From Camelus ferus (taxonomy: Eukaryota): a DNA stretch of 64,000 nucleotides. Positions 61,938 through 64,000 of this stretch are shown here, one piece after another. How positions within the stretch are numbered: the first letter of the stretch is position 1; every line of letters begins with the position of its first letter. The translations under genes and the position numbers were made by a program. The stretch covers positions 8,558,001-8,622,000 of the forward strand of contig NC_045698.1 of NCBI RefSeq assembly GCF_009834535.1, given 5' to 3'. The notes beneath the pieces were generated by a model. The model saw nothing but the letters and a program-made list of their open reading frames with translations, searched no databases and had not been told where the DNA came from.

Positions 61938-64000
61938 TGGTCAGTTCGTACAACAAATAGGCTACCTACATTTTCATTTCTGCTGATGACATCTGTGACT
62001 CAAAGAGAACAACTGTGGGACATGTATTGTAAGTTTGGTTACACTGCCATGTTGATGCATAAATGAATAAATTTTCCATTTTCTTAACGGCCATGTCATG
62101 ACTATTAGAGACTTTCAAGCCCTACTAGTCTATGGGGGACAGAAATGTTGATCACTCTTGTTGCAGGCTTGCTTTAAAGGAAAAGAGGGGAAAGCAAGCT
62201 CTTAAGCCCTATCCTGGTTCTATATTAAAACGGCAACCTTTAATGATAAAATTCTCTCATTCTTATGAATTCATTCTTGTGAAAAACTTATCATAATCTC
62301 CACACTGCACAAAACATGGTATTAAAATCAAATGTCATTGAATCACTGATGTGTAACAACATTTACGTCGGGAAACGAGCACAAACAAGAGTTACCCAGC
62401 CCTCACCCAGACAACTTGTACTCAGTCAATGTAAACCTCATCACTGATCTTCCGAGGGGAACACAACCCAGACACCCTTCATGACAGATATCAAGGAACA
62501 CGTATGTCCTGGTGATTAAGTTGTTATTTTCCCTTTTGAAAAAATTAAATTATCTAATCCCAAATTGGTGTGTACAAATGGAAAACAAATAAACCTTTAA
62601 CCTCTTAGATGATTCACAGCCACATCCTCCATTTTGGGGAGTAATTCAGAAATAACTTTCTTATAGAACTGCCAAGTCTTTATTCATTTAGGAACAAAGG
62701 TTTGTTTCTAAACTATTACATCATTCTGGTAGAAACCCATGTTCTACTGAGTTTCAAACACTAGTTATTAGCCTACTGGGCTATCTTGTTCGCCAGCTGC
62801 ATGTAGTCACTTCCCACAGCCTCACTTTTTGCCTCCTAGCACCCTAAATCCACCATTGCGCTGATGCAAGTACACGGCTTCTATGGTTGTTACTCTCAGA
62901 TACATAACTCAACCAAAAATCTTCACACCCTGGCAAAGACAAAATGCTGCCCAAAGCACCTTAGCACTTGGGACTAGAATCTGGGTTTTACTAGAAAGAT
63001 CTGCTACTAGTACAGGGAGTTCCCAATCCATGAACAGCGGAAAAAAAGTAATGAAAGCCAAATGCTGGCTCTCCATCAGGACTGTTACTGTTTCCACAAC
63101 AGGCTTAACGGAGCATCCTTGATAAGGAATTAAATAGACTAAATCATGAAGAAAGTATACAAATTCTCCATTTTTACACCAACTGTATCATGATGGAATC
63201 AGATTATATAAGACATTTAACCTGGTGCTACTCCCATGAAGAAGCAGAAGACAAGGTCCACTCCTATCCCTACTCCCTTGAAAGAAGGAAAATACTATGT
63301 CATGTGTATGATTATACATTTATACCTATTTATAGATAGAAAATCTTTCAACAAGGTGACTTGGGCAACACTTAATCGCAGAGCTAAAATCAATATAATC
63401 ATATTCTTCCAACAAACTGTTTGCATGTGTGTATACGCACACATACTTATGAAAATGCATATAAGTATTTAAACAAAATAGAAAGATAACTTCTCATGGA
63501 AAGTGAAGCTGAGAGAAACAGTCCAAGAGCCTAATCTGAATTATCTTAAAAACATACCCCCTATTCCTGAGCATTTAATAATGCTATGAATTGAAATAAG
63601 TGTTCAAAGCTAGTACTGTTTTGCTCTGTACTTTTGCCATTTTAATTGGCACTGAGCTGTAAATATTTTCTAAAGTTTATTATGTCTCAAAGTTAACTTT
63701 TAAAAGTAAAATTATCTGAATTATCACTATTAATCAAGCGTGGAAGAAATAAGCTAAATTTAACATGTTGACATTTTAAACTTGCTGAATTCTCTTTGTA
63801 GTTTTGCAAGTTAATCCTTCGAAGATTCCTTTGGGATTTGTATATAAACATTCATATTATCTGCAAATCAGTTTTAAATGTGTTTCTTCTTTTCTAGTCC
63901 TTTGCCTCTTGTCTTTTCTTGTCTTATTGTGATGTCTGAGGTCAAAGAAGTGGTGAGAGTAGATACTTTGTTTCTGTGATTAAAATGGTCCTATAAACTA

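Overview
Mammalian, repeat-rich non-coding DNA. It is almost certainly camelid (camel/llama/alpaca), judged from three tRNA-Ala-derived Vic-1-type SINEs and matching lineage-specific L1 3' ends. I found no protein-coding gene I can recognise, no true RNA gene, no CRISPR array and no prokaryote-type system. Most listed ORFs are L1/L2/LTR remnants or chance ORFs. A qualitative A>T excess on the + strand and several minus-strand exon-like segments suggest a large intron of a minus-strand gene, but this is unproven. The most unusual signal is a 91-bp segment at 14493-14583. It is a 90/91-identical inverted copy of part of an ancient MER3/MER33-like transposon 19.5 kb away (33984-34074) and lies between two L1 fragments, consistent with a recent templated insertion or an assembly chimera. 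Other notable items: an L1 insertion combining a twin-priming 5' inversion, a short 3' tag and a TSD (4355-4800); a ~120-bp non-repeat local duplication (51841/52742); a strongly GC-shifted MER20 copy (58262-58482); and a MER41-like solo LTR. Repeat family names are assigned from memory of consensus sequences, and boundaries of old repeats are approximate. I do not see evidence for a new biological system here.
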